Assembly (NCBI GenBank): GCA_050124295.1 | Contig: JASFFM010000003.1 | Location: 1-33,125 of the forward strand | Origin: Desulfobacterales bacterium | Lineage (GTDB): Bacteria > Desulfobacterota > Desulfobacteria > Desulfobacterales > UBA5852 | DNA length: 33,125 nt | Direction: 5' to 3' | Shown here: positions 9,915-19,103 of the stretch, piece after piece | Position numbering within the stretch: the stretch's first letter is position 1 | Layout: the number at the start of each line of letters is the position of its first letter | The notes under the pieces: generated by a model | What the model was told of the DNA's origin: nothing | The model's database searches: none | What the model saw: only the letters and a program-made list of their open reading frames with translations | Made by a program: the position numbers and the translations under genes

Positions 9915-10966
9915 TTATCATCAACTCGTCTAATTGCTAATCCCATACAGATCGCAGCTTGAGGTGCTATCTGTTGTATGTATGCCGAATCAAATGCATC
10001 ATCATCGATGCGCAATCCCTGGAAGGGGTTGATCATTTCGACATGCGCTGAAGTCTCCGCACCCAGCAATTGTCGAAATTCGCCTATATTTGCCCCGCCT
10101 CCACTCAGAACGATTCGAGTTATTTGGTCTTCGGGATAAGTCGAATAGAAAAAATCAAGTGCGCGACGTATTTCCGTGCACCAGTCCGCAACTACTGTCG
10201 ATACAATATTTTTCAAGTCTTCGCTTGATATTTTATCCTGTTGATCGCCCTGCTTGAGCTGCTCTGCTTCTTCTACCGAGCAGCCGATTAACGATACTAT
10301 CTTTTGGTTTATTTGACCACACCCGAGTGCTACATCACGCATGAAAACTGACGCCATTCCCTTGAGTATGTTTAGTGATGTTTTACTTGCCCCAATATCG
10401 ATCAAGGCAATATTTTCTTCCTGGGCGTCGTAATTCAGCTCAAAGATGTTCTGGAGTGCAAAGGCTTCGACATCAATGATGCAGGGGTTTAGGCCTGCCA
10501 AGTTAACCAAATTGATATAGTCATTGACCATTTCTTTTTTGGCGGCAACGAGGAAAACATTCATTTGGTTCGGGTTGTGCTCACTCTCGCCTAGAATCTG
10601 AAAGTCCAGATTTACATCGGCAATGTCGAAGGGAATATACTGCTCCGCCTCGAATTGGATCGTTTCCTGAAGCTGTTCTTCAGGCATGGTCTGGACATTG
10701 ATCTTCTTTACGATAACCGAGTAGCCGCCGATGGATACAGCAACGCCTTTTTCCTTGATGTTATAGGTCTTAAACAACTGCTGGATGGCTTCGGCTACCG
10801 CCTCGGGATCATTGACGGCGCCATCTTCAATGGCACCCGCCGGAATATCGATCATCCCGAACTTTTTAAGCAAAAAGCCTTTTTTGCCGTCAACGACCTC
10901 ACCCGCCTTTATCGATCGGGATCCGATGTCCAAGCCCACAAGATGATTTTTTTTACCAAACAACAT
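9911..10966 (-). CDS. pilM: type IV pilus assembly actin-like protein PilM
   Basis: VGLDIGSRSIK, EAEQYIPF, ALIDIGASKT, IVLSGGGA, MGLAIR motifs. Confidence 0.97.
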   Translation of the reverse strand: MLFGKKNHLVGLDIGSRSIKAGEVVDGKKGFLLKKFGMIDIPAGAIEDGAVNDPEAVAEAIQQLFKTYNIKEKGVAVSIGGYSVIVKKINVQTMPEEQLQETIQFEAEQYIPFDIADVNLDFQILGESEHNPNQMNVFLVAAKKEMVNDYINLVNLAGLNPCIIDVEAFALQNIFELNYDAQEENIALIDIGASKTSLNILKGMASVFMRDVALGCGQINQKIVSLIGCSVEEAEQLKQGDQQDKISSEDLKNIVSTVVADWCTEIRRALDFFYSTYPEDQITRIVLSGGGANIGEFRQLLGAETSAHVEMINPFQGLRIDDDAFDSAYIQQIAPQAAICMGLAIRRVDDK

Positions 10967-10975
10967 GGAAGTCTC

Positions 10976-11176
10976 TTATTCTTTAAAAATTTTATCTTTG
11001 TCGGAAGGTCTCAGGCCCAACGCCTGCAATATTTTGCGTTTGGTTTCCATCCGACATGGCATGCCTTTTTCAATCCGCGAAATTGTAATTGGTGAAACAT
11101 TTGCGTCCCTGGCTAATTCTGCCTTGCTCATCAAAAGGGACTCGCGTACTTCTTTTAAAGAATTTTTGCCTCTCAT
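10976..11176 (-). CDS. small XRE/Cro-family helix-turn-helix protein
   Basis: LKEVRESLLMSKAELARDANVSPITISRIEKG is a typical HTH_3 pattern; 9 nt upstream of pilM. Alternative start at 11191. Confidence 0.88.
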   Translation of the reverse strand: MRGKNSLKEVRESLLMSKAELARDANVSPITISRIEKGMPCRMETKRKILQALGLRPSDKDKIFKE

Positions 11177-11298
11177 ATATACTCTGCACATTCTCTAATT
11201 GGATTGTTCTTCTTTTTGATGGCCCTTCTATTTTCATTTACACCCTGTCCCTTTGAAGTCAAGCGAATTGTTCTTAAATTACTCATAATTATATGTAG

Positions 11299-11346
11299 TT
11301 ACTGCATATTGTGCATTGTTGTCTTACTTTTCACCATATATAGTGT
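11299..11346. promoter_or_regulatory. tandem NrdR-box-like operator pair
   Basis: TCACCATATATAGTGT (11331-11346, 14/16 to ACACWATATATWGTGT) and TTACTGCATATTGTGC (11299-11314, 11/16), 32 bp apart; perfect minus-strand TATAAT at 11288-11293. Confidence 0.55.
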
Positions 11347-11807
11347 CTAAAGCTCAGATGGACGACTTCATGCTGGCCTGATTCTGGATAGCGGCACCTA
11401 CCTATCCTTTTCGGCGATTTCGGTCGAAGGTTTAAATAAAAATGGCCCCCCTTCTTGGCCTTGGTCGACCCGCTGGATTGCGGAGTGGACAAGGTGGCCT
11501 ATTCAGGATAAATAGGGTGGTCAATAACGGCCACGCGAGGGACTGCGGACCTTGGCCTTTGGCCTACACTCCCACGTGCATTGAGGAATCGAAACCGTAA
11601 ATAACTATACAAAATCTAAGCCAGAGCGTCGCATTAACCGATTCAAGATCACCAGAAATCGGTTGTAGGGGTCCTGGCGCGGCGTAGGCCAGCGTCAACA
11701 AGGCCCCTTTGCTCACCATTCGGATCCCTCGATGTCGGCTCCTGTGAACCACACCAAATAAGCGTGCAACCGCGTTCAAACTTTTGTATACACTGATAGC
11801 TGTCATT

Positions 11808-13238
11808 ATGGAGCATCGCCCATTGGATTATCAGGAACCCAGCAAACCTTTTAGGCTGGTGAAATATTTCACCATGATCAGCCTCATTGTTCTGTTCGCC
11901 GGGGCCATAATTTTATCCGCTGTCAATATCCATTGGGCTCGCCAAATGCAGATTGAGAAGAGTGAAGATTACGCCCTGTTACTTATTAAAAATCTCAACC
12001 ATCAGATTTTTCTCCAATTTATCATTCCGACGATCCTCAAGCGTGGTAACATCCATTTGCGTGAAAGCGATCAATTCGAACTGATGGACAAGGTCGTTCG
12101 AAGCACCCTACATAGCTTTAATGTCGATATGGTCAACATATATGACTTGAACAACACTATTTCTTATAGTCTCGACCGGGACGTGGTTGGAAAAAAAAAT
12201 GCTGGGGGGACTTATTACCAAGAGGCCTTAGGGGGACAGCGCCGAACCAGCCTCGAGCAACGCGGCAATTTTTTGCAGCTTTTTTTCGGCATTCCCGATG
12301 AAAGCAAGATCATCACCTATGCGCCGTTGCGGGCAGAGAAGCCCTTGTCGAGGGTCGCGGGTCCAGTGCTGGGCGTCGTTGAACTTGTCCAAGACATATC
12401 CTCTGAGTACCATGCTATCTACCGCGTTCAAATTCGGGTCATTCTGACATCGACCGCCGTGATGCTAACCTTGTTTCTGATTCTGTTGCTGGTCGTCCGA
12501 AGAGGAGAAGATATTATTCACAAGCGGGCGATAGAACGCCTAAAACTGGAAGAACAACTAACGCGTGCCAAACATCTATCCAATCTCGGTGAAATGACGG
12601 CCAGCATTTCACATGAAATTCGCAATCCTTTAGGCATTATCAAAAGTTCGGCCGAATTACTGAAGAAAAAGATTCAACCGCTTGATCCCGCTAATCCAAT
12701 GCCAGGGATTATTGTTGAAGAAGCCTCACGATTGAATGGCATTATCACGGATTTTCTAAACTTTGCCCGTCCCCAGCAACCGCACTTGCAACCCGGCCAA
12801 ATCGAACCCGTCATTGAAAAAACATTACGGCATCTCGCATCGGAGATTGAGGAACGTCGAATCGTCGTGCACAAGCGGGTAGAAGAAGCCGTTGGCCTGG
12901 CGATGATTGATGCAGATATGCTACATCAGGCACTGCTCAACTTACTGCTTAATGCCATGCAATCCATCGATGCGGATGGTTCTCTTGACATTGCCCTGAC
13001 AGAGCAGGATTCGCAAATAAAGCTCAATATCCATGACTCGGGGCCCGGTATCGATGAAGCCTTTCTCGAAAAGATCTGGGACCCGTTTTTCACCAATAAG
13101 CAAAAAGGGACTGGTTTGGGTCTCGGTATCGTTAAACAAATCATTGAAGCTCATGATGGGCATATTACGATTGCCAATGCCACAACTAGGGGAACGATTG
13201 TCGAAATCAGTTTGCCGCTCTACCAGGAGTCTGGATAA
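11808..13238 (+). CDS. two-component sensor histidine kinase (2 TM helices flanking an extracytoplasmic domain)
   Basis: H-box [12 protein letters not shown]-box NLLLNAMQ, G1 DSGPGI, F/G2 [14 protein letters not shown]; ATG at 11808 preferred over TTG at 11784. Confidence 0.93.
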   Translation: MEHRPLDYQEPSKPFRLVKYFTMISLIVLFAGAIILSAVNIHWARQMQIEKSEDYALLLIKNLNHQIFLQFIIPTILKRGNIHLRESDQFELMDKVVRSTLHSFNVDMVNIYDLNNTISYSLDRDVVGKKNAGGTYYQEALGGQRRTSLEQRGNFLQLFFGIPDESKIITYAPLRAEKPLSRVAGPVLGVVELVQDISSEYHAIYRVQIRVILTSTAVMLTLFLILLLVVRRGEDIIHKRAIERLKLEEQLTRAKHLSNLGEMTASISHEIRNPLGIIKSSAELLKKKIQPLDPANPMPGIIVEEASRLNGIITDFLNFARPQQPHLQPGQIEPVIEKTLRHLASEIEERRIVVHKRVEEAVGLAMIDADMLHQALLNLLLNAMQSIDADGSLDIALTEQDSQIKLNIHDSGPGIDEAFLEKIWDPFFTNKQKGTGLGLGIVKQIIEAHDGHITIANATTRGTIVEISLPLYQESG

Positions 13239-14605
13239 TGGAATCGATTTTAGTCGTCGATGACGAACGGAACTATACGGCTGTCCTCAGCGCCGTTCTG
13301 GAAGAGGAGGGCTTTGAAACCTGTACGGCCAACAGCGGGGCCGAGGCCCTCGAAATACTAGAAAAAGAAGAAATCGATCTCATCGTTTCCGATATGAAAA
13401 TGCCGGTGATGGATGGCCTCGCTCTTCTGGAACAAATAAAGCAGCGCGAGCCACAAATGCCCGTGATCATCATGACCGCACACGGCACGGTCGATAAAGC
13501 CGTAGAGGCCATGCAGAAGGGAGCCTACACGTTTATTCTCAAACCTTTCGATAATGAACGGCTGGTCATGTACGCGCGCAAGGCCATCGAGCTCTACCGC
13601 CTGGTCAAGGACCATCAGCGCCTTCAGTTCGAAGTCGAATCGCAGTACAGCTTCGACAACATTATCGGCAAAAGCCTGCCGATGCAGAATGTTTTCAAAA
13701 CCATCAGCAAGGTTGGGCCGACTTCCGCCACCGTACTAATTGAAGGTGAAAGTGGGACAGGCAAGGAACTGGTCGCCAAATCGATTCACTTTAACAGCCC
13801 GCGAAGGCATAAAACGATTGTGACCGTTAACTGCGCGGCATTGGCGGAAAATTTACTTGAAAGCGAACTGTTCGGACATGAAAAAGGCGCCTTTACAGGG
13901 GCTGTGGCCCGCAGAAAGGGTCGTTTCGAGCTGGCCGATGGCGGCACGATATTTCTCGATGAGATTGGCGAACTGCCCCCCAGCTTGCAGGTAAAGTTGT
14001 TGAGAGTGCTCCAGGAAAAAACCATTGAACGGGTCGGCGGCACGTTATCCATTCCGGTGGACATTCGCATCATTGCAGCCACAAATCGAAGCTTGAAAAA
14101 GGAAACCGAAAAAGGCCGATTTCGGGAGGACCTTTTTTACCGCTTGAACGTGGTCAAGATACAGTTGCCGGCGTTGAAACAGCGCCCGGAGGACATCCAC
14201 CTGCTGATCAATCATTTTCTTCAAAAGTACAGTGCCGAACGAAAGGCTGGCGAAGCCATAACAAAGGTTGACCCGAAGGTCGAAAGACTCTTTTACGACT
14301 ACCACTGGCCCGGAAACGTCCGCGAGTTGGAGAATATCATCGAAAGGGTGATGGTGCTATGCCCAGGCCCAACCGTAACCGTTGATGACTTGCCGGCCGA
14401 GTTTCGTGATCATGTGCACAACGCACTGCATTTAGAAGGTATTCCGGCAGATGCCAAACTATCTGAAACGCTGGCCATGGTGGAACGTCAAATGATCAAG
14501 CGCGCCATGAACATGACCGGTCATGTTCAAACCAAGGCGGCAGAAATTTTGGGTATTACCAAAAGCGGCCTGAACCAAAAATTAAAAAAACTCAACCTCA
14601 GTTGA
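13238..14605 (+). CDS. sigma54-dependent response regulator (NtrC/AtoC family)
   Basis: REC domain (VVDDE, SDMKMP, KPF), AAA+ GESGTGKE, GAFTGA, FLDEIGE, FREDLFYRL, WPGNVREL, C-terminal Fis-type HTH; TAATG overlap with the kinase. Confidence 0.96.
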   Translation: MESILVVDDERNYTAVLSAVLEEEGFETCTANSGAEALEILEKEEIDLIVSDMKMPVMDGLALLEQIKQREPQMPVIIMTAHGTVDKAVEAMQKGAYTFILKPFDNERLVMYARKAIELYRLVKDHQRLQFEVESQYSFDNIIGKSLPMQNVFKTISKVGPTSATVLIEGESGTGKELVAKSIHFNSPRRHKTIVTVNCAALAENLLESELFGHEKGAFTGAVARRKGRFELADGGTIFLDEIGELPPSLQVKLLRVLQEKTIERVGGTLSIPVDIRIIAATNRSLKKETEKGRFREDLFYRLNVVKIQLPALKQRPEDIHLLINHFLQKYSAERKAGEAITKVDPKVERLFYDYHWPGNVRELENIIERVMVLCPGPTVTVDDLPAEFRDHVHNALHLEGIPADAKLSETLAMVERQMIKRAMNMTGHVQTKAAEILGITKSGLNQKLKKLNLS

Positions 14606-15142
14606 ATTAAACGAGTGCCCAGGATATCGGTATCCGTGCGAAGGGTTGGCCAACCCTACCGGCCGACCTTGATGGCCCATCCGGGCCGCCGGTCCATGGA
14701 ACACGCGCGGGGCCCAAACGCCGCCCCCCGGGCGACAGTGACCGTGGATGCCATTGGGCGCAAATAGTTGCACCTGCATACATATGCCTTATTGCTCGGT
14801 GCCCTCCTTTATAAATTCTGGTAGCGGCACAACACCGGCAGCCCTCCAAACCTTACCACGGCAAATCATCTGCGGCCACCAAGGGCCCTCGCGGGCACCC
14901 CGGCTATTTCACGCCTTGGAGGCCTCCATTGACAAGGCCTTCCGAAGCGCCGCGGTACGCATGCGACCGCAAGCGCCTGATAACCCCGGAAATGGTTGTC
15001 TCGGGAGCACCCGTAGGGAGGAAAATATTTAAGCGGTTCTTTCTGAAAAAGGCCGATCACAACATGTTACCAGGCCTATTGGCACCCATTTACATTTAAG
15101 CTATTGAACATTTTCAGTAAATTAAATGGACATCCATGATGT

Positions 15143-15835
15143 CTAATCGCCTGTGGCCGCGGGCAACATCTCGGCATACATAAACCCTGGATATTCCTCC
15201 TGGAGTGCCTTCAAAGATTTCTCATATTCAGCCACCCGCCCTGTTTGCCGCTGAAGCAGGGCCAGCTGATACAGGGCATCCGCTTTGAGGACCGGCTCCG
15301 CGCCTTCGACAATTCGGGTAAAGACCGCCATTGCATCCTCATGGCGGCCGGCGGCGGCATAAGCATAGCCGAGTCCACTTCGCGCAGCCGATAAGGCGTA
15401 GGATCCCTCCGGAAACCCTTTTTCAGCAGCAACATATTGGGTGATGGCGGCCTCGATACGGCCAGCCTGGTATTGCATTTGAGCATAGAGCAGCCGCCCG
15501 GTCTTGCCCCCCTGATAATTCCCATAGTTCGACAAAAGGTCTTCGAATTCCGGCGCAACGGCGTCAAGGGCTTGGGCGGCATCCTGCCGGGCGAGTTCCG
15601 ATTGATAGTGACGCATGGCCAGTTCAAGTAAGGTAAACGATTTTGTTTCGGCCCTCTCACGAAAATATCCGTATACCAGGGTAGCGGCAATAATCACGAG
15701 CAGTACACTGAAACCAGCGCTGATCGGCTTCCAGTAGGTATTGATCGTGCCCATCAGTCGGGATGTCAGGGTGAGAAATTCATCGGGTTGCTCCAGGTCA
15801 CGTTTGCGTGCCCTGGAAATTCGTTTCTGCGCCAT
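15143..15835 (-). CDS. membrane-anchored TPR protein, YfgM-like
   Basis: Basic N-terminus MAQKRISRARKRDLEQPDEF, single TM helix, TPR-like helices; GGAGG Shine-Dalgarno precedes ATG 15835, so the longer ORF start at 15946 is unlikely. Confidence 0.78.
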   Translation of the reverse strand: MAQKRISRARKRDLEQPDEFLTLTSRLMGTINTYWKPISAGFSVLLVIIAATLVYGYFRERAETKSFTLLELAMRHYQSELARQDAAQALDAVAPEFEDLLSNYGNYQGGKTGRLLYAQMQYQAGRIEAAITQYVAAEKGFPEGSYALSAARSGLGYAYAAAGRHEDAMAVFTRIVEGAEPVLKADALYQLALLQRQTGRVAEYEKSLKALQEEYPGFMYAEMLPAATGD

Positions 15836-15879
15836 AAAACGACCTCCTTCACGGTGGGGGCGCCCCCCTTGGTCATAAA

Positions 15880-16878
15880 TCAGACAATGGTTTTGCGGAT
15901 ACGCTCCCATGCCGTTTCGGGAATGGTGGCCCCCAACACCCGACAAACTTCATATCCGCAGACGGATGCCAGTCGACCGCACTGCTCGATAGGCTTGCCT
16001 TCCATAAGCCCGTATAGAAAGCCGGCGGCCCAGAGATCACCGGCCCCGGTTGTGTCAATGACATCCGCAGCGTAGATCGGCTCGATAGAGTATACACAAT
16101 CTTGCGTTGCCACGATGCTGCCGCGGGCGCCCTTTTTCAAAACCGCCATCTCCACCTTGGATGCCAGCGCTGCCAAAGCATCGGTCTCGTTCCGGCAGCC
16201 TGTAAAAGTCCTCGCTTCATCTTCGTTGGCAATGACGATATTCACATATTCCTCCAAGACGGCCGCCAACAGGTCCATGTTTTCCTCAACCACCGTAAAA
16301 CTGGCCAAGTCAAGCACGATTTTGGCTCCGGCTTCCCGGGCCCGCTGCAGGGCGTGCAAAAACAGATCGCGGTTGTATATGAGATACCCCTCGACCAGAG
16401 CGACCGCCGCCCCCTCAAAAGCATTCGCGGGGATTTCCGCCGGTGTCATCTCGGCGGACGCGCCCAGGTATGTCAACATCGTGCGCTGGGAGTCCGGTGT
16501 AATCAGGGACAGCACGCGCCCTGTCGGTGTGGCCGCCGGCATCAGGAATGGCTCAACCCGATGCCGGTTCAGGTCGCGTTCAAACAGATGGCCGAAGTCG
16601 TCTTGGCCACACTTGCCGAGAAAGCGGGTCTTCCCTCCCAGGTTGGCAGCGCCGAGAATGGTGTTGCAGGCGGCGCCTCCCGGTACCACACGGGCATCCC
16701 CATCGGCCCGCTGCAGGACGTTCTGAATCGTATCGGCATCGAAATACACCATACCGCCTTTGGGCACCCCCGTGCGCGCGACAAAAGCATCCGACACCGG
16801 CACGAGAATATCGACCAGCACGGATCCGATGCCAACCATCAAACGGGAGTTACGGTCTTGCCAAAAACCATTGGCCAT
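15880..16878 (-). CDS. PfkB-family carbohydrate/nucleoside kinase (adenosine kinase-like)
   Basis: PGGAACNT, GKCGQDDFG, RTMLTYLGA, ANEDEA, DTTGAGD PfkB signature. Confidence 0.9.
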   Translation of the reverse strand: MANGFWQDRNSRLMVGIGSVLVDILVPVSDAFVARTGVPKGGMVYFDADTIQNVLQRADGDARVVPGGAACNTILGAANLGGKTRFLGKCGQDDFGHLFERDLNRHRVEPFLMPAATPTGRVLSLITPDSQRTMLTYLGASAEMTPAEIPANAFEGAAVALVEGYLIYNRDLFLHALQRAREAGAKIVLDLASFTVVEENMDLLAAVLEEYVNIVIANEDEARTFTGCRNETDALAALASKVEMAVLKKGARGSIVATQDCVYSIEPIYAADVIDTTGAGDLWAAGFLYGLMEGKPIEQCGRLASVCGYEVCRVLGATIPETAWERIRKTIV

Positions 16879-16964
16879 AACGGTCTTAATCCTTTGTTGC
16901 CGCGATGACGTCAGGGGCTCTAACCCAAGCGCTTTCCAGTGGGTGCCGACCCCACCCCGGCCAG

Positions 16965-17438
16965 CTACCAGACAAGCTTCTTGTGAATCCAGCCTTTATC
17001 GCCATCTGCGCTCTGAACATTTAGCCAAACGCCCTGTCGTTTCAGGACCCTAAAGGGCACCCCGCGTTCCGCCTTGAATACGACATCATGCTGGGTGCCG
17101 GGTCCAGAACGGATATTCACCAGATCGTTGCGCGTAATAACCGTGCTTTCTTTTCCCAGAAGCTTCCCATGGATCCATCCATTATCGCCCTCGAAATCCC
17201 GAAAGTATACCCATTCGCCCTGCCTGTTAATCACCTCCAGGGGATGATAGCGCTCCACTTCCCAGAGGATTTCATATTTACCGGTGCCAGGGCCGGAGCG
17301 GATATTGGCCTTGCCGGCCTTGACGGACATACGCTCCGCAAAAGCGTTTCCGGCCGCAAGCACCATTAGTAGGACCGCCAGCAGAAGAAAACCGGCGCCC
17401 GCCCTGACCTGGCCTGTTTGATGATACTGGCTTAGCAT
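16965..17438 (-). CDS. exported protein with two bacterial SH3 (SH3b) domains
   Basis: Signal peptide ending AFA; two repeats of NIRSGPGT...W....D.D.GWIH; GGAG Shine-Dalgarno. Confidence 0.9.
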   Translation of the reverse strand: MLSQYHQTGQVRAGAGFLLLAVLLMVLAAGNAFAERMSVKAGKANIRSGPGTGKYEILWEVERYHPLEVINRQGEWVYFRDFEGDNGWIHGKLLGKESTVITRNDLVNIRSGPGTQHDVVFKAERGVPFRVLKRQGVWLNVQSADGDKGWIHKKLVW

Positions 17439-17513
17439 ACCCTGTTCTCCTTATTCACCAAACGTGTTCCCGCAGATAACCTATGGTTTCGGCATGCCTT
17501 CCGTTGCAGTAAA

Positions 17514-18422
17514 TCAGTCCAGACGGTGTAATCCGATTTCCAACGCGATGGATCGTGCCACGTCAAATTCCGCCGCCGTCAGGGGTAGTGAAAGCTCCGG
17601 GAATTCCCTGGCTCGACCGCAGGGCCGGTATTGCGGCATCAGGTTCACATAGCTGTCGGGGGACAATTGCTCGGCAATAAAGGTCAGGATGCCCCGGGTT
17701 TCATCAAGTCCCCCAGGCATCACCAAATGACGAATGATCATGCCACGCCGAGCAATTCCAGCCTTGTCCGTCACCAAATCGCCGACCTGCTGGTGCATGA
17801 CCCGCAAGGCCGCGCTGGCAACCACCGGATAATCGGAAACGCCGCTGTATGCTTGGCTGGACGCCGACTTCCAGAATTTGAAATCGGGCATGTAGATGTC
17901 AACAATCCCCTCCAGCAGCGCCAGCGTTTGCGGGTCGTCATAGCCGCCGGAGTTGTAGACCAAGGGAAGGTGCAGCCCCCTGCCGGCCGCGATTTCCAAT
18001 GCAGCCAGAATCTGGGGCACAACATGGGAGGGCGTTACCAGGTTGATATTGTGGCATCCCATGCTTTGCAACCGCAACATGATTTCCGCCAACCGGTCAT
18101 GCGTTATCGGTTGACCGGCGGCCTGGTGACTGATCTCATCGTTCTGGCAAAAACAGCACCCCAAGTTGCAGTGCGTAAAAAAAATGGTGCCCGACCCATG
18201 GCGACCCACCAGCGGGGCTTCCTCACCGAAATGCGGGTTGTAGCTGGCCACCCAGGCCTTGTCGGTTGTTCGACAATATCCGACTTCACCGTCCAGCCGG
18301 TTCACACCACATTGCCGAGGACAGAGATCGCAGGCGCGCATCCGCGCCCGGGCAGCTGCCGCACAACGCTTCACATGCCCCGTTGCATGGGATTGAAGAT
18401 AGATCGGCCAATCGCTAGGCAA
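17514..18422 (-). CDS. radical SAM protein, PflX-like
   Basis: CDLCPRQCGVNR, HFGEEAPL, CNLGCCFCQN (CxxxCxxC), DIYMPDFK, IIRHLVMPG, NLMPQYRP; AGGAGG 6 nt before the TTG at 18422 supports this start. Confidence 0.88.
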   Translation of the reverse strand: MPSDWPIYLQSHATGHVKRCAAAARARMRACDLCPRQCGVNRLDGEVGYCRTTDKAWVASYNPHFGEEAPLVGRHGSGTIFFTHCNLGCCFCQNDEISHQAAGQPITHDRLAEIMLRLQSMGCHNINLVTPSHVVPQILAALEIAAGRGLHLPLVYNSGGYDDPQTLALLEGIVDIYMPDFKFWKSASSQAYSGVSDYPVVASAALRVMHQQVGDLVTDKAGIARRGMIIRHLVMPGGLDETRGILTFIAEQLSPDSYVNLMPQYRPCGRAREFPELSLPLTAAEFDVARSIALEIGLHRLD

Positions 18423-18614
18423 TCGCGACCTCCTGAGCCGGAAAACAATCACCGCGCTTCGATTTGGCTTGTCGAAAATCACGCCTTCGCGGCATCACTG
18501 GAAGGCACGGTTCAAGGGAAGGACCCGTGTCGGCTATCATCGGAAGGTCGTCCGTGAGGCAAAAACGAAAACGGATATCGTCGTCAGCGTAAGGGCCGTC
18601 CAGCCCCATGCCCA

Positions 18615-18848
18615 TTATGGGCCGGGAATCTCGTAGGTTGTGCAATCCCCACCGCTGCAGGTCCGCGTTTGTTTCGAGGCGCCCTTTCCGCCACTGTTGC
18701 CGACCGCGTAATTGGTGGTACTCATGACACGTTCGAAATCCTCAGCACCGCAATGGGGGCATTGCATCTCAACGGAATCCTGGCTACCAACGGCCAGAAA
18801 CTCGAAAAGTTCGTTGCATTGTAGACATTTGAATTCAAAAATGGGCAT
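18615..18848 (-). CDS. FmdB-family zinc ribbon protein
   Basis: MPIFEFKCLQC...CPHCG pattern; C-terminal CSGGDC. Confidence 0.88.
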   Translation of the reverse strand: MPIFEFKCLQCNELFEFLAVGSQDSVEMQCPHCGAEDFERVMSTTNYAVGNSGGKGASKQTRTCSGGDCTTYEIPGP

Positions 18849-19056
18849 AAAATCATCCTAAAACAATTTTTGGGCAAATCATGAATACCCCGTCACGGAC
18901 ATGAAAAAACCACCACGGAGTGCGATTCCCAGTTGAGGCTTATGCGTTCTGCGTATGGCCGCCCGCTAAAGGCGTACCGTGCTGATGCCCGCCACAGCTT
19001 AGAATCGGCTGCAATTGAACAATCAGCGCCAAATAGACCATTGCCGAACGGACATT

Positions 19057-19085
19057 AATTAAGCCCTTCGATTCGGCATTGTCAA
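19057..19085 (-). promoter_or_regulatory. sigma70-type promoter upstream of the FmdB-like gene
   Basis: Minus strand TTGACA-N17-TTAATT just after the recN stop. Confidence 0.55.
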
Positions 19086-19103
19086 GCGGCACACCCCTGC
19101 ATT

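Noticed and set aside
11675-11689. GG-N10-GC sigma54-like site upstream of the kinase
   Set aside because: Spacing is correct but the -12 element is AGGC rather than TTGC; too weak to call.
16102-18557. Long plus-strand ORFs (268, 203 and 308 aa) opposite the kinase and radical SAM genes
   Set aside because: Antisense shadows typical of GC-rich coding DNA; no motifs.
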